Shown piece after piece: positions 8,943-20,957 of a stretch of DNA of 64,000 nt (position 1 is its first letter; every line of letters starts with the position of its first letter). The DNA lies in the NCBI GenBank assembly GCA_963821585.1, contig CAWGEI010000005.1, forward strand, positions 6,603 to 70,602, given 5' to 3'. The notes under the pieces are model-generated. The model made no database searches. It worked only from the letters and a program-made list of their open reading frames with translations, and had not been told where the DNA came from. Both the position numbers and the translations under genes were made by a program. The stretch is from an uncultured Acidobacteriota bacterium. GTDB lineage: Bacteria; Acidobacteriota; Thermoanaerobaculia; Gp7-AA8.

Positions 8943-9529
8943 TACTGTTGCACTCCTTCCGGATACTGCACGAAGGTCCCCGTCGAGAAGACGATGTCGT
9001 TGTCGAAGTCGGTCGTCTTCGTAAACGGCGTGTACTCCTGCAGCGAGTCGTGCTCGAACGTCTTGTCCGCGCCGGCGCTGCCGATCGCATAGGTCTCACA
9101 TGCGCCCGCCGGCCAGCACTCGTAGCGGAACTGTGTCTCCCAGCCGTCGAGCGTGGGGACGGACTTGACGTATTTCGGCACGAGCGCCGAGGAGAGGTCG
9201 CTCACCGACGAGACTTCGGGGTAGTGGTTCTGATCGGTCGAGTAGGCTTCCACCGCCGTCGCGATCGTTCGCATGTCCGCCATCGAACGCTTCTGCTTCG
9301 ACCGGTTGAGCGCCGTCAGGAAGTTCGGGATGGCGATGGCGGCCAGGATGCCAAGGACCGCGACGAGCACCAGTCCTCCGACGATGACGCCGATGATGAT
9401 GCCCGCGCTCTTCGAGCCCTCGCCGCGGGCCACGCGCTGCGAGCCGTTGCTGGGATTGCCGCAACGCGGACACGCCGCGTAGGAAACGTCGGTGACCTGA
9501 TTGCCGCACCAGGCGCAAAACGCCATCAC
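8942..9529 (-). CDS. Zinc-ribbon + TM + type II secretion GspG-like pseudopilin ectodomain; no prepilin cleavage motif
   Basis: 195 aa. CAWCGNQV...CPRCG, then a TM helix ending AAIAIPNFLTALNRSKQKRSMADMRTIATAVEAYSTD...LDGWETQFRY...YAIGSAGADKTFEHD. A G/FTLIE class-III signal is absent. Confidence 0.85.
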   Translation of the reverse strand: MMAFCAWCGNQVTDVSYAACPRCGNPSNGSQRVARGEGSKSAGIIIGVIVGGLVLVAVLGILAAIAIPNFLTALNRSKQKRSMADMRTIATAVEAYSTDQNHYPEVSSVSDLSSALVPKYVKSVPTLDGWETQFRYECWPAGACETYAIGSAGADKTFEHDSLQEYTPFTKTTDFDNDIVFSTGTFVQYPEGVQQ

Positions 9530-9565
9530 AAGCTCCAGTCGTACCGGGATTGGATGGCGGATTGT

Positions 9566-9648
9566 AACGTAGGGCGTGGCTTCAGCCCGCCTCTCTGGTC
9601 GAAACCCCCGCCCACGAGGGGAGGCGGGCTGAAGCCGCGCCCTACGTT
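9566..9648. repeat. Family-1 inverted-doublet (REPIN-like) element, copy 2
   Basis: AACGTAGGGCGTGGCTTCAGCCCGCC ... GGCGGGCTGAAGCCGCGCCCTACGTT with a 31-nt loop. Confidence 0.9.
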
Positions 9649-9655
9649 TGTGACA

Positions 9656-10204
9656 TCACCACATCATGCCGAGCTGCAGGCGCGCCGCCTCGGACATCAT
9701 GCTGCGATCCCAGACGGGGTCGAACACGACGTCGACTTCGGCGTTCTTCACACCAGGCAGGCTCACGAGCTTGCTCTTCACGTCGCTGGCGAGGACCGGA
9801 CCCATGCCGCAGCCGGGCGCGGTGAGGGTCATCTTGATCTTGACGTTCTTCCCGCCCTCGTCCGACGCCTCCAACTCGCAGAGGTAGACGAGGCCGAGGT
9901 CGACGATGTTCACCGGGATCTCGGGGTCGTAGCAGGTTTTGAGCGCTTCCCAGACCATCTCTTCCAGCTTCTCGGGAGTGAGCTCTTCCGGTTTGACCTC
10001 CGCGGTCTCCAGCGGAGCCTTGCCGATGGCCTCGACTTCAACGCCGGACACCCGGACCATCAGCCCGCGGTCGGTGATCAGCGTGTACGTGCCGCCGAGG
10101 GACTGGGTGATCGTCGCCTGGGCGCCCTTCGGGACGAGGACTTTCTCCCCGCTGGGGATCATGACGGCTTCTGTGTTGCGGCTGAAGGTGATTTCTTCTC
10201 TCAT
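9656..10204 (-). CDS. sufT: SUF Fe-S assembly protein SufT (DUF59/MIP18 domain)
   Basis: 182 aa. CYDPEIPVNIVDLGLVY...LTAPGCGMG is a DUF59 motif. It is the last gene of the suf operon. Confidence 0.85.
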   Translation of the reverse strand: MREEITFSRNTEAVMIPSGEKVLVPKGAQATITQSLGGTYTLITDRGLMVRVSGVEVEAIGKAPLETAEVKPEELTPEKLEEMVWEALKTCYDPEIPVNIVDLGLVYLCELEASDEGGKNVKIKMTLTAPGCGMGPVLASDVKSKLVSLPGVKNAEVDVVFDPVWDRSMMSEAARLQLGMMW

Positions 10205-10220
10205 CGCAGTTCGCTCCCGC

Positions 10221-10670
10221 TCATTCGGTACTCACCTTCTCGTCCCGGCCCTCGAGAGCACTTCGAAGGGTGTGCCAGGCCAGCGTCGCGCACTTGACGC
10301 GGGCAGGAAACTCGCTCACGCCCGAGAACGCCGCCAGGCGGCCGAGGTCCGAGGCGCTGAGACCGCTCGCATCGCCGGTGACCAGACGATGGAACGTATC
10401 GAAGAGGCGCTCGGCTTCCTCTCTGGACTTTCCTTTGATGGTCGAGCTCATCACAGACGCCGACGCCTTCGAAATGGCGCATCCGCTCCCGGTGAAGCTC
10501 ACCTCGGCGATCTTCTCGCCGTCGGTCTTGAGGAAGATCGTGTAGTGATCGCCGCAAAGCGGGTTGTAGCCATCGACACGCGAGGTGGCGTCCGCCATCT
10601 CGTGGAAGTTGCGGGGGTTCTTGTTGTGGTCGAGGATGACCTGCTGGTACAGCTCGCGTAAGTCGGACAT
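10221..10670 (-). CDS. sufU: SUF NifU/IscU-like Fe-S scaffold SufU
   Basis: MSDLRELYQQVILDHNKNPRNFHEM...NPLCGDHYTIFLK...GSGCAISKASAS. Start is at ATG 10670; the ORF track extends to 10715. Confidence 0.88.
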   Translation of the reverse strand: MSDLRELYQQVILDHNKNPRNFHEMADATSRVDGYNPLCGDHYTIFLKTDGEKIAEVSFTGSGCAISKASASVMSSTIKGKSREEAERLFDTFHRLVTGDASGLSASDLGRLAAFSGVSEFPARVKCATLAWHTLRSALEGRDEKVSTE

Positions 10671-10677
10671 TTTAAAT

Positions 10678-11922
10678 TTACCGGAAGACCTCGATGACGT
10701 TGTGCAACGCGGCAACGAGCGCGTCTGCTTCCTCGCGGGTGTTGTAGAGACCGAACGACGCGCGTCCGGTGGCCGGCACGTTGAACCGCATCATCAGCGG
10801 CTGGGCGCAGTGATGGCCGGTGCGCACGGCGATGCCTTCCTGATCGAGGATCGTGCCGATGTCGTGCGGGTGTACGCCTTCGAGCACGAACGAGATCACC
10901 GCCGCCTTCTCCGCGGCCGTGCCGATGATGCGCAGGCCCTCGATCTCGAGCAGGCGATTGGTCGCGTAGACGAGCAGATCGTGCTCGTGCGCGCCGATCG
11001 CGTCGAGTCCGATGGAGTCGACGTACTCCAGCGCCGCGGCCAGGCCGATGACGCCTTCGATGTTCGGCGTGCCCGCCTCGAACTTGTAGGGGAGCGCGTT
11101 GTAGGTCGTCTTCTCGTACGAGACGGAGAGGATCATGTCCCCGCCGCCCTGCCACGGAGGCATGGCCTCGAGCAGCGCCTGGCGTCCGTAGAGCACACCG
11201 ACGCCGGTCGGGCCGTAGACCTTGTGTCCGGAGAACGCGTAGAAGTCAGCGTCGAGGTCCTGGACGTCGACGCGGAGGTGCGGGACGCCCTGCGCGCCGT
11301 CGATCAGCACCACCGAGCCGTTCGCATGCGCGGACGCGACGATGCGCTTCACCGGATTGATGGTGCCGAGGGCGTTCGAGCCGTGGTTGACGGCGACGAG
11401 CTTCACGCGCGGATTGAGCATCCGCTCGAGCTCCTCGACCATCAACTCGCCCGCGTCGTTCACCGGCGCGACGCGGAGCTTGGCGCCCTTCTCCGCGCAG
11501 AGCATCTGCCACGGGACGATGTTCGAGTGGTGCTCGATGGCGGTGATGATGATCTCGTCGCCTTCGCGGACGTTCGTGCGCCCCCACGTCTGGGCGACGA
11601 GGTTGATGGCCTCGGTCGTCCCGCGCGTGAAGACGACTTCCTTGATGTCCCTGGCGTTGATGAAGCGCTGCACGACGCCGCGCGCGTTCTCGAACTCGAT
11701 CGTGGAGATCTCGGAGAGGTAGTGGACGCCGCGGTGGACGTTCGAGTTCTCCTGCGTGTAGTAGCGCACGATGCGGTCGATGACCGCCTGCGGCTTCTGC
11801 GTCGTGGCGGCGTTGTCGAGGTAGACCAGGCGCTTGCCGCGGGCGGCGCGGGCGAGGATCGGAAAGTCGCGTCGGATGCGGTTGACGTCGTAGGTGGTGA
11901 GGACTTCGGCGACGCTCATCAT
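10678..11922 (-). CDS. sufS: Cysteine desulfurase SufS
   Basis: MMSVAEVLTTYDVNRIRRDFPILA...YLDNAATTQKP...FSGHKVYGPTGVGVLYG...RTGHHCAQP. The ATG overlaps the sufD stop (ATGA). Confidence 0.93.
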   Translation of the reverse strand: MMSVAEVLTTYDVNRIRRDFPILARAARGKRLVYLDNAATTQKPQAVIDRIVRYYTQENSNVHRGVHYLSEISTIEFENARGVVQRFINARDIKEVVFTRGTTEAINLVAQTWGRTNVREGDEIIITAIEHHSNIVPWQMLCAEKGAKLRVAPVNDAGELMVEELERMLNPRVKLVAVNHGSNALGTINPVKRIVASAHANGSVVLIDGAQGVPHLRVDVQDLDADFYAFSGHKVYGPTGVGVLYGRQALLEAMPPWQGGGDMILSVSYEKTTYNALPYKFEAGTPNIEGVIGLAAALEYVDSIGLDAIGAHEHDLLVYATNRLLEIEGLRIIGTAAEKAAVISFVLEGVHPHDIGTILDQEGIAVRTGHHCAQPLMMRFNVPATGRASFGLYNTREEADALVAALHNVIEVFR

Positions 11923-13090
11923 GCTTCTCCTATCCGCTCCGGCAGGCGCTGCGGGAGCGACTGGAAGAGCGCCCGGCGGATCTGCTCGCGCACGGGCTCG
12001 ATCTTCATACGGTCCACGAGCTCGCTGGCGAAGGCGTAGACGAGGAGGTTGCGGGCCTCTTCTTCGCCGATGCCGCGCGAGCGCAGGTAAAACAGCGGCT
12101 CCGGCTCGATCTGTCCGATGGTCGAGCCGTGGTTGCACTTGACGTCGTCGTTGTGGATCTCGAGGGTCGGCTTGGAGTCGACCACCGCGGTCTCGCTGAG
12201 CAGGAGATTGCGGTTCACCTGGCGCGAGACGGTCTTCTGCGCGTCGGGACGGACGATGATCTTGCCGTCGAACACGCCGCGCGCGTTCCCGTCGAGGATG
12301 CCCTTGTAAAGCTCGAAGCTCTCGCAGTGCGGCTTGATGTGGTCGATGACCGTGCGGTTGTCGAGATGCTGCGTGCCGGCGCCGACGAAGAGGCCGTCGA
12401 GGACGATGGACGCGCCTTCGCCCGCGAGGGCGACATGAATCTCGGTGCGTGCGATTGCGCCGCCGAGGAGGATGTTGTGCGAGGTGACGTTCGCCGCGCG
12501 CTCCTGGCGGATGAAGATGTTGCCGACGTGGAAGGCCTCGCGCGATTCGCACTCGACCTTGTAGTGGTCCACGACCGCGCTCTCGTCCGCGACGATCTCG
12601 GTGACGGAGTTGGTGAAGTACTTCCCAGAGCCGATGTACGTCTCGACGATCGTCACCTGCGCGTTGCGGCCCACGACGATCGTGTTGCGCGGGTGCGACC
12701 AGATGCCATCACCGCGACCGACGAAGATGAGGTGAATGAAGCCGTCGACGACCTTGCCGTCCGGGATGACGATTTGCGCGCCGTCCTGCTGGTTCGCGGT
12801 GTTGAGCGCGACGAGGGCGTTGCGCTCCCAGTCGGCGATATGGATTTCCGAGTCGCCGCGGTAGGGGTTTTCACCGGAGACGAAGCGGCCGTTGACAAAG
12901 ACGAGCTCCATCGACGCGTGTCCCGCGTGGGAGATTGGGGGATCAACAGCGATGGGCGAGTCATCCACGCGCCAGGCGATCTTCTGCAGCGGCGCGAGGT
13001 TGGTGTAGCGCCACTCCTCGATGCGCGGCGTCGGCCACCCGAGTTTTGCGAATCGCTCGGCGGCCTCGGATCGAAGGTCGGTGACGACGC

Positions 13091-13094
<4 letters not shown>
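11919..13094 (-). CDS. sufD: Fe-S cluster assembly protein SufD
   Basis: 391 aa with a SufB/SufD beta-helix C-terminal region (VDSKPTLEIHNDDVKCNHGSTIGQI...LFYLRSRGI). Confidence 0.9.
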
Positions 13095-13840
<746 letters not shown>

Positions 13841-13863
13841 TTGTTTCCTTTGGCTCAGTTGCT

Positions 13864-13929
13864 ATTCACCACAGAGAGCACAGAGATCACGGAGAGCTCT
13901 CTGTGGTCTCTGTGCCCTCTGTGGTGAAT
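13864..13929. repeat. 66-bp near-perfect palindrome between sufB and sufC (arms built from 9-nt CACAGAGNN sub-repeats)
   Basis: ATTCACCACAGAGAGCACAGAGATCACGGAGAG | CTCTCTGTGGTCTCTGTGCCCTCTGTGGTGAAT. The 33-nt arms have 3 mismatches and no spacer. Confidence 0.9.
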
Positions 13930-13935
13930 CGGTCC

Positions 13936-15368
<1,433 letters not shown>

Positions 15369-15372
<4 letters not shown>

Positions 15373-15827
15373 GAGGCCACCAGTCGTTGCTTGTCGATCA
15401 CGGGGATCGGCATTCCGCCACGCACGAGATCGTCGAGCGTGACCTGTTCAAAAGCTCCTTTGACTGCCCGGTTGATGCCGAACATGAACCGCCGGGACGG
15501 GCAGGCCACGCGGATCGCGCAGGTCGCCTCGCCGTGGTCGTCGAAGGTCTCGCACTCGGTGAGGTCCCATGGCCCCTCGAAGATCTCGATGAGGTGGCCG
15601 AGGGTAACGACCTCGGGGTTGCCGTCGAAGGAGTAGCCGCCCCCGACGCCCCGGTGCGAATGGATCACCGCGCCGTGGTTGAGAGTCTTCAGTACCTTGG
15701 TCACCGCCGGCAGGGGCAGGTGGTAGAACTCGGCAATCTCGCGCGCGGAGGTCACCTCTCCCGCACGGCGGGCGAGGTAAACAACGGCAAGAAGGCCGTA
15801 ATCGGTGAGTCTGGAGATCTTCAACAT
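15369..15827 (-). CDS. Rrf2-family transcriptional regulator (IscR/SufR-like), first gene of the suf operon
   Basis: 152 aa. [20 protein letters not shown]...HRGVGGGY, followed by a Cys cluster (C..C.....C). Confidence 0.88.
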
Positions 15828-15851
15828 GCGGGTCGTTTCCCCTGAAGCGGC

Positions 15852-15878
15852 GAAACCGTACCATGTCGGTACGGTTTC
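15852..15878. promoter_or_regulatory. Candidate Rrf2 operator: 11-bp inverted repeat with a 5-bp spacer upstream of the rrf2-suf operon
   Basis: GAAACCGTACC ATGTC GGTACGGTTTC is a perfect dyad lying 25-51 nt upstream of the rrf2 start codon (15827). Confidence 0.45.
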
Positions 15879-15910
15879 TTACAACCGGATGGATTGATGG
15901 GAGATTCCGC

Positions 15911-16098
15911 CTGCCGCCCGCTACGCAGGCTGGACATCAACGCTCCCTCGCGTCCCCCGGCTGAAGCCGGGGTCTATTCTCTCAAGCCGCCTACGGCGGC
16001 TGGAACCCGAGCCTGCGTAGCAGGCACCAGAAAATAGACCCCGGCTTCAGCCGGGGAGACGGCGGCGCGATGAGATCAGCCCGCGTAGCGGGCGGCAG
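15911..16098. repeat. Family-2 nested composite palindrome, copy B
   Basis: Same module order as copy A. The central hairpins here are GCCGCCTACGGCGGC and GCCTGCGTAGCAGGC. Confidence 0.88.
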
Positions 16099-16140
16099 AA
16101 AAGTGGCACCCTGCTTGCGATTCGTCAGACCAGGACGGCC

Positions 16141-16671
16141 ATGAAAAACAGACTGATGTTCCCGTTGGTATTTGTCGCGGCGTGGGGGGTGGCGTGCAGT
16201 GGCGACGGAGCCCGGCGCGGCGCACAGCAGAACAACTACGAAACCGTTCAGGAAGGCTCGGCCGCGGGCGTGACGTCGACGATTCACGGGCCGGGCGAGG
16301 TGCTTCCGCCGGTCACGGGGACGAACGCGGATACGACCTCAGCCTTCACGATCGACCCGAACACGGCCGCCACGACAGTAGCGGTCGCACCACCCATGCC
16401 GGAGCCAATGCCGGTCACGGCGACAACGCCGGCTCGTTATCCGATTCCTCAGACTTCCGCCGTGCCGGTCCGGCAACCGCCTCCGGAGCGCGCACCCGAA
16501 CCCGCGCCTGCACCGCCTACGGAGACCGCGCCGCCTACCGAGACGGCGCCTCCCACGGAGACCGCACCCCCGACAAAGACGGACACGGTCGCGCAGCCAG
16601 GCGAGCAGGAGCAGGCAGAGCCGCAAGCGGAAGAGCCGCCTCCGACGACGACGGACACAAGGGGACAATAG
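16141..16671 (+). CDS. Secreted (possibly lipidated) Pro/Thr/Ala-rich protein
   Basis: 176 aa. Signal peptide MKNRLMFPLVFVAAWGVAC, then a low-complexity tail with APPTET repeats. The stop TAG falls in the first unit of the downstream hairpin. Confidence 0.7.
   Translation: MKNRLMFPLVFVAAWGVACSGDGARRGAQQNNYETVQEGSAAGVTSTIHGPGEVLPPVTGTNADTTSAFTIDPNTAATTVAVAPPMPEPMPVTATTPARYPIPQTSAVPVRQPPPERAPEPAPAPPTETAPPTETAPPTETAPPTKTDTVAQPGEQEQAEPQAEEPPPTTTDTRGQ
16510..16581 (+). repeat. In-frame 18-bp tandem repeat x4 (APPTET/APPTKT)
   Basis: gcaccgcctacggagacc / gcgccgcctaccgagacg / gcgcctcccacggagacc / gcacccccgacaaagacg. Confidence 0.85.
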
Positions 16672-16768
16672 GACGGATAGGACGAATAGGACCTATAGGA
16701 CAAGCAAGAGTCCACCCACCCGTTTCTCCCTATCCGTCCTATAGGTCCTATCCGTCCTATCGTCCTAT
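16668..16768. repeat. Hairpin with arms built from 9-nt ATAGGACNN sub-repeats
   Basis: ATAGGACGGATAGGACGAATAGGACCTATAGGAC ... CTATCCGTCCTATAGGTCCTATCCGTCCTATCGTCCTAT. Confidence 0.88.
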
Positions 16769-16780
16769 ACTGCGCGCCCT

Positions 16781-17660
<880 letters not shown>

Positions 17661-17668
<8 letters not shown>

Positions 17669-19706
17669 ATACTTTTTCGAGCTGCTGACCGAAGAGATCC
17701 CCGCGTGGATGCACGACGCGGCGGCCGCCACGCTGCGCGAGCGCCTGAGCGCCCTGTCCCTAAACACGGTGTCTAACGACGTGACCGTCAACTCGACGCC
17801 ACGGCGCATCATCTTCCTGCTGAAGAACCTCGCCGTCCGCGAGGAAGACCGCGAGCAGGAAGTGAAAGGGCCGCCGAAGAAGTCGCCCGAGGCCGCGCTG
17901 CAGGGCTTCCTCAAGAAACAGAACGCCACGGCCGACGACATCCTCCCTTCGACCGACGAGTACATCCGCATCAGGAAGAAGATCACCGGCCGCGACACGC
18001 GGGAGATCCTCGCGGAGCGCATTCCGGAGATCGTTCAGTCGATCCGCTGGCCGAAGATGATGCGCTGGGGCAACGGCGAGCATTCGTACATCCGTCCGAT
18101 CCACAGCGTCGTCTCGATCTTCGAAGGCGAGCACCTGCCGATCACGATCTTCGGCACACCGTCCGGCACGACCACCGTCGGCCACCGCACGCTCGCGCCG
18201 AAGGCCTTCAGCGTCGCGTCGTACAACGACTACGTGACGAAGCTCGAACTGGCGCGCGTGTATATCGACGCCGACCGCCGCAGGCACGGGATGGCCGCGG
18301 CGGCGATCTCGCTGTCCAAGGACGTCGAAGGGAAGCCGGCTGACGACGCGTCGATCTGGTCGCAGTGGCAGTACCTCACCGAATATCCGGGCCTCGTGCG
18401 CGCGGAGTTCCGCGGCGAGTACCTGGCGCTGCCCGAGGAAGTGCTCGTGACGGTGATGCGCGTGCATCAGAAGCAGCTCCCGATCCGCGACCGCAACGAC
18501 CGCCTCACCAGCTCGTTCCTGGCGGTGCTCGACAACGAGGGCGATCCGGACGGCAACGCCGCGTACGGCAACTCCTTCGTCACCAACGCGCGCTTCGCCG
18601 ACGCGCAGTTCTTCTACGACACCGACCGGCGCAGGAAGCTCGAGGACCGCCTCGAGCAGCTCACGCACCTGCAGTTCCAGGAGAAGCTCGGCAACTATCT
18701 CGACAAGACGAAGCGCGTGGAGCGCATCGCGCGCGGGATCCTCGATGACGAGGACGTCGCGACGGCCGCGCGTCTCTGCAAGTCCGACCTCGTCACCGAG
18801 ATGGTGAAGGAGTTCACGGACCTGCAGGGCCAGATCGGCGGCATCTACGCGCGCGAGGAAGGGCTGCCGGACAATGTCTGGCAGGCGATCTACGATCACT
18901 ACCAGCCGGTCAGCCTCGACGACGCGCTGCCGCGCCACATCACCGGCGCGGTGGTCTCACTCGCCGATCGCATCGACACGCTCGTCGGCTTCTTCTCCAT
19001 CGGCGCGAAGCCGACCGGTTCGAAGGACCCGTTCGGCCTGCGGCGCGCCGCGCAGGGCGTCGTGCAGATCCTGCTGAACCGGGACAAACGCGAGGTGAAG
19101 ATCGGCATCGACAAGCTGATCGACCTCGGCATGGAAGCCTACGGACAACAGGCAACGGGTAACGGGCAACTCAAAACCGATCTCCTCGCCTTCTTCGCCG
19201 AGCGCGTCCGCACGATTCTCGAAGCCTCGGCGTGGCAATTCGCGTACGACGAGATCGCCGCGGCGATGGAAGCGGGATGGGCGTCATCGCTCACGGACCT
19301 CGTCGACCGCACCGGCGCCGTGAAGGCCGTTCGCAACGAGCCCGACTTTCTCTCCCTGCTCGACTCGGCGAAGCGCATCGCGAACATCACCGAGGGGCAT
19401 GCGTCGAACCGGGTCGATGCGACGCGGCTCGAGCACGCGACCGAGAAGCGGCTCAACGAGCTCGCCGACGCCGTCGTGGTCCAGATCGGGGAGCTGAGCG
19501 CCGAGCGGCAGTACCGCATGGCCCTCGAATCATTCGCGGCGCTGGCGCCCGAGCTGGAGACGTTCTTCAAGGACGTCCTCGTCAACGTGGAGGATCAGGA
19601 CGTGCGTACCAACCGGCTCTCGCTTCTCCGCAAGGTGGGCGGCGCGGCCATGAAGATCGCGGACGTGACGAAGATCGTCGTCGATCGCCGCGATTACCGC
19701 GCGTGA
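17661..19706 (+). CDS. glyS: Glycine--tRNA ligase beta subunit
   Basis: 681 aa. It overlaps the glyQ end and has a typical GlyS N-terminus ([11 protein letters not shown]). Confidence 0.93.
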
Positions 19707-20947
19707 GCCGCCCAGCCGTCGTCCTCCTGCTCTGCTGCACGCTCCTCGCGTGCCGCGAGGACGCGCCTCCTCCCGCCGCCGCCAAAGCACCCGCGCCGCC
19801 CGCGCGCATCGCGGCGACGCCGGACAATGACTCCGACAACTCGTTGAATCTCATGTACGGCGCCGCGGTCGTCTCCCGCACCGGCGAGCTGCACCTCGAA
19901 AACTCTGCCGTCCACACGATCGACGGGTTCGCCGAGACCATCTGGATGTCCGCGCCCGGCGTGCCGGAAGAGATGCTGGTCTATTCGATGCTCGCGCCCA
20001 CGCGCCTGCAGCGCGTCGGCATCAGCACCCACAGCGGCGACGACGCGGTGGACAGCGTCGCCTTCGCCGCGTCGATGGACGGGAAGACGTGGACGGATCT
20101 CGGCACGCTGAAAGCCACGCGCACGGACGAGCGGCAGTTCCTGGACGTGAAGCCGACCGTCGCGCACTACCTCCGCGTCCGCACGATCGATCCCGCGGGG
20201 CGCTACTACGTCCGCCTGCGCGGTGTCCACGCGATCGGCGAGGAGGTAGCGGCGCCGAAGACACCGTCGTTCAGCGGCTGCTGGATGATCAACGGGGAGC
20301 GCGCGCACCTGGAGCAGCACGGTGCGCGCATCACGGGCGTGATCGAGAGCGATCCGCCGGCGTACATCGACGGCGGCACGGACAACCGCGCGGGGATGAT
20401 CATGTGGATGCGCGGTCTGACGTGGGGCTACGCGGTGATCACGCGCTCGCCTAACGGAGAGCATCTCTCGGGGTTGAGCTTCTTCGAGGAAGTAGACAAG
20501 AACATCGGCGAGGGGTGGTTCGGGGAGAGATGTAACGTAGGGCGTGGCTTCAGCCCGCCCTCCCCGGGGGCGGGCGGGCTGAAGCCACGCCCTACGTTGT
20601 TCTTCGCTCGCGCGAAGCGGTATTCGCTGTACGGGCTGGTCTTCGATGCGAACGACCGGCTCGTCGAGGAAGTGAGCGAACCGACGCTCGATGTCCTGGC
20701 CTCGCTGATCGCCTCTGCGTCGCAGCCGATGCGGCTCGTCGCGCGCGAGCTGCGCTACACCCCCGAGCAGAACCGGCAGCACGCGGCGGCGCGGCTGCAG
20801 GCGATCCGCGCCGCACTCGAACGGCGCGGGGTGAACCTCTCCCGGATCGAGTTCGTCAACGCGGGCGGCGACACCGGCGGAATCGTCCTCCGCTCTTCCC
20901 TTCAGCGAGCGCTCCTCAGCCGCGTCGACCTCGTTTCTGGGACATAA
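19703..20947 (+). CDS. Lipoprotein with a discoidin (F5/8 type C)-like domain and a degenerate OmpA-like C-terminal domain; carries an in-frame family-1 repeat
   Basis: GTG at 19703 overlaps the glyS stop. Lipobox LLAC is present. ...[38 protein letters not shown] is discoidin-like. The frame stays open through the repeat ([23 protein letters not shown]). Confidence 0.75.
   Translation: MSRPAVVLLLCCTLLACREDAPPPAAAKAPAPPARIAATPDNDSDNSLNLMYGAAVVSRTGELHLENSAVHTIDGFAETIWMSAPGVPEEMLVYSMLAPTRLQRVGISTHSGDDAVDSVAFAASMDGKTWTDLGTLKATRTDERQFLDVKPTVAHYLRVRTIDPAGRYYVRLRGVHAIGEEVAAPKTPSFSGCWMINGERAHLEQHGARITGVIESDPPAYIDGGTDNRAGMIMWMRGLTWGYAVITRSPNGEHLSGLSFFEEVDKNIGEGWFGERCNVGRGFSPPSPGAGGLKPRPTLFFARAKRYSLYGLVFDANDRLVEEVSEPTLDVLASLIASASQPMRLVARELRYTPEQNRQHAAARLQAIRAALERRGVNLSRIEFVNAGGDTGGIVLRSSLQRALLSRVDLVSGT
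20534..20598. repeat. Family-1 inverted-doublet (REPIN-like) element, copy 3, located inside the CDS
   Basis: AACGTAGGGCGTGGCTTCAGCCCGCC ctccccgggggcg GGCGGGCTGAAGCCACGCCCTACGTT. Confidence 0.9.
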
Positions 20948-20957
20948 TCCGGGCGCT

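Noticed and set aside
8948-10297. ORFs encoding peptides such as NVGRGFSPP...GGLKPRPT (also 1364-1807 and 24861-25160), and ARYAGS/PRLKPGAIF-type peptides (5083-5292, 29539-29808).
   Set aside because: These are simply translations of the family-1 and family-2 repeats in long GC-rich shadow frames. The one exception is the in-frame copy in 19703-20947.
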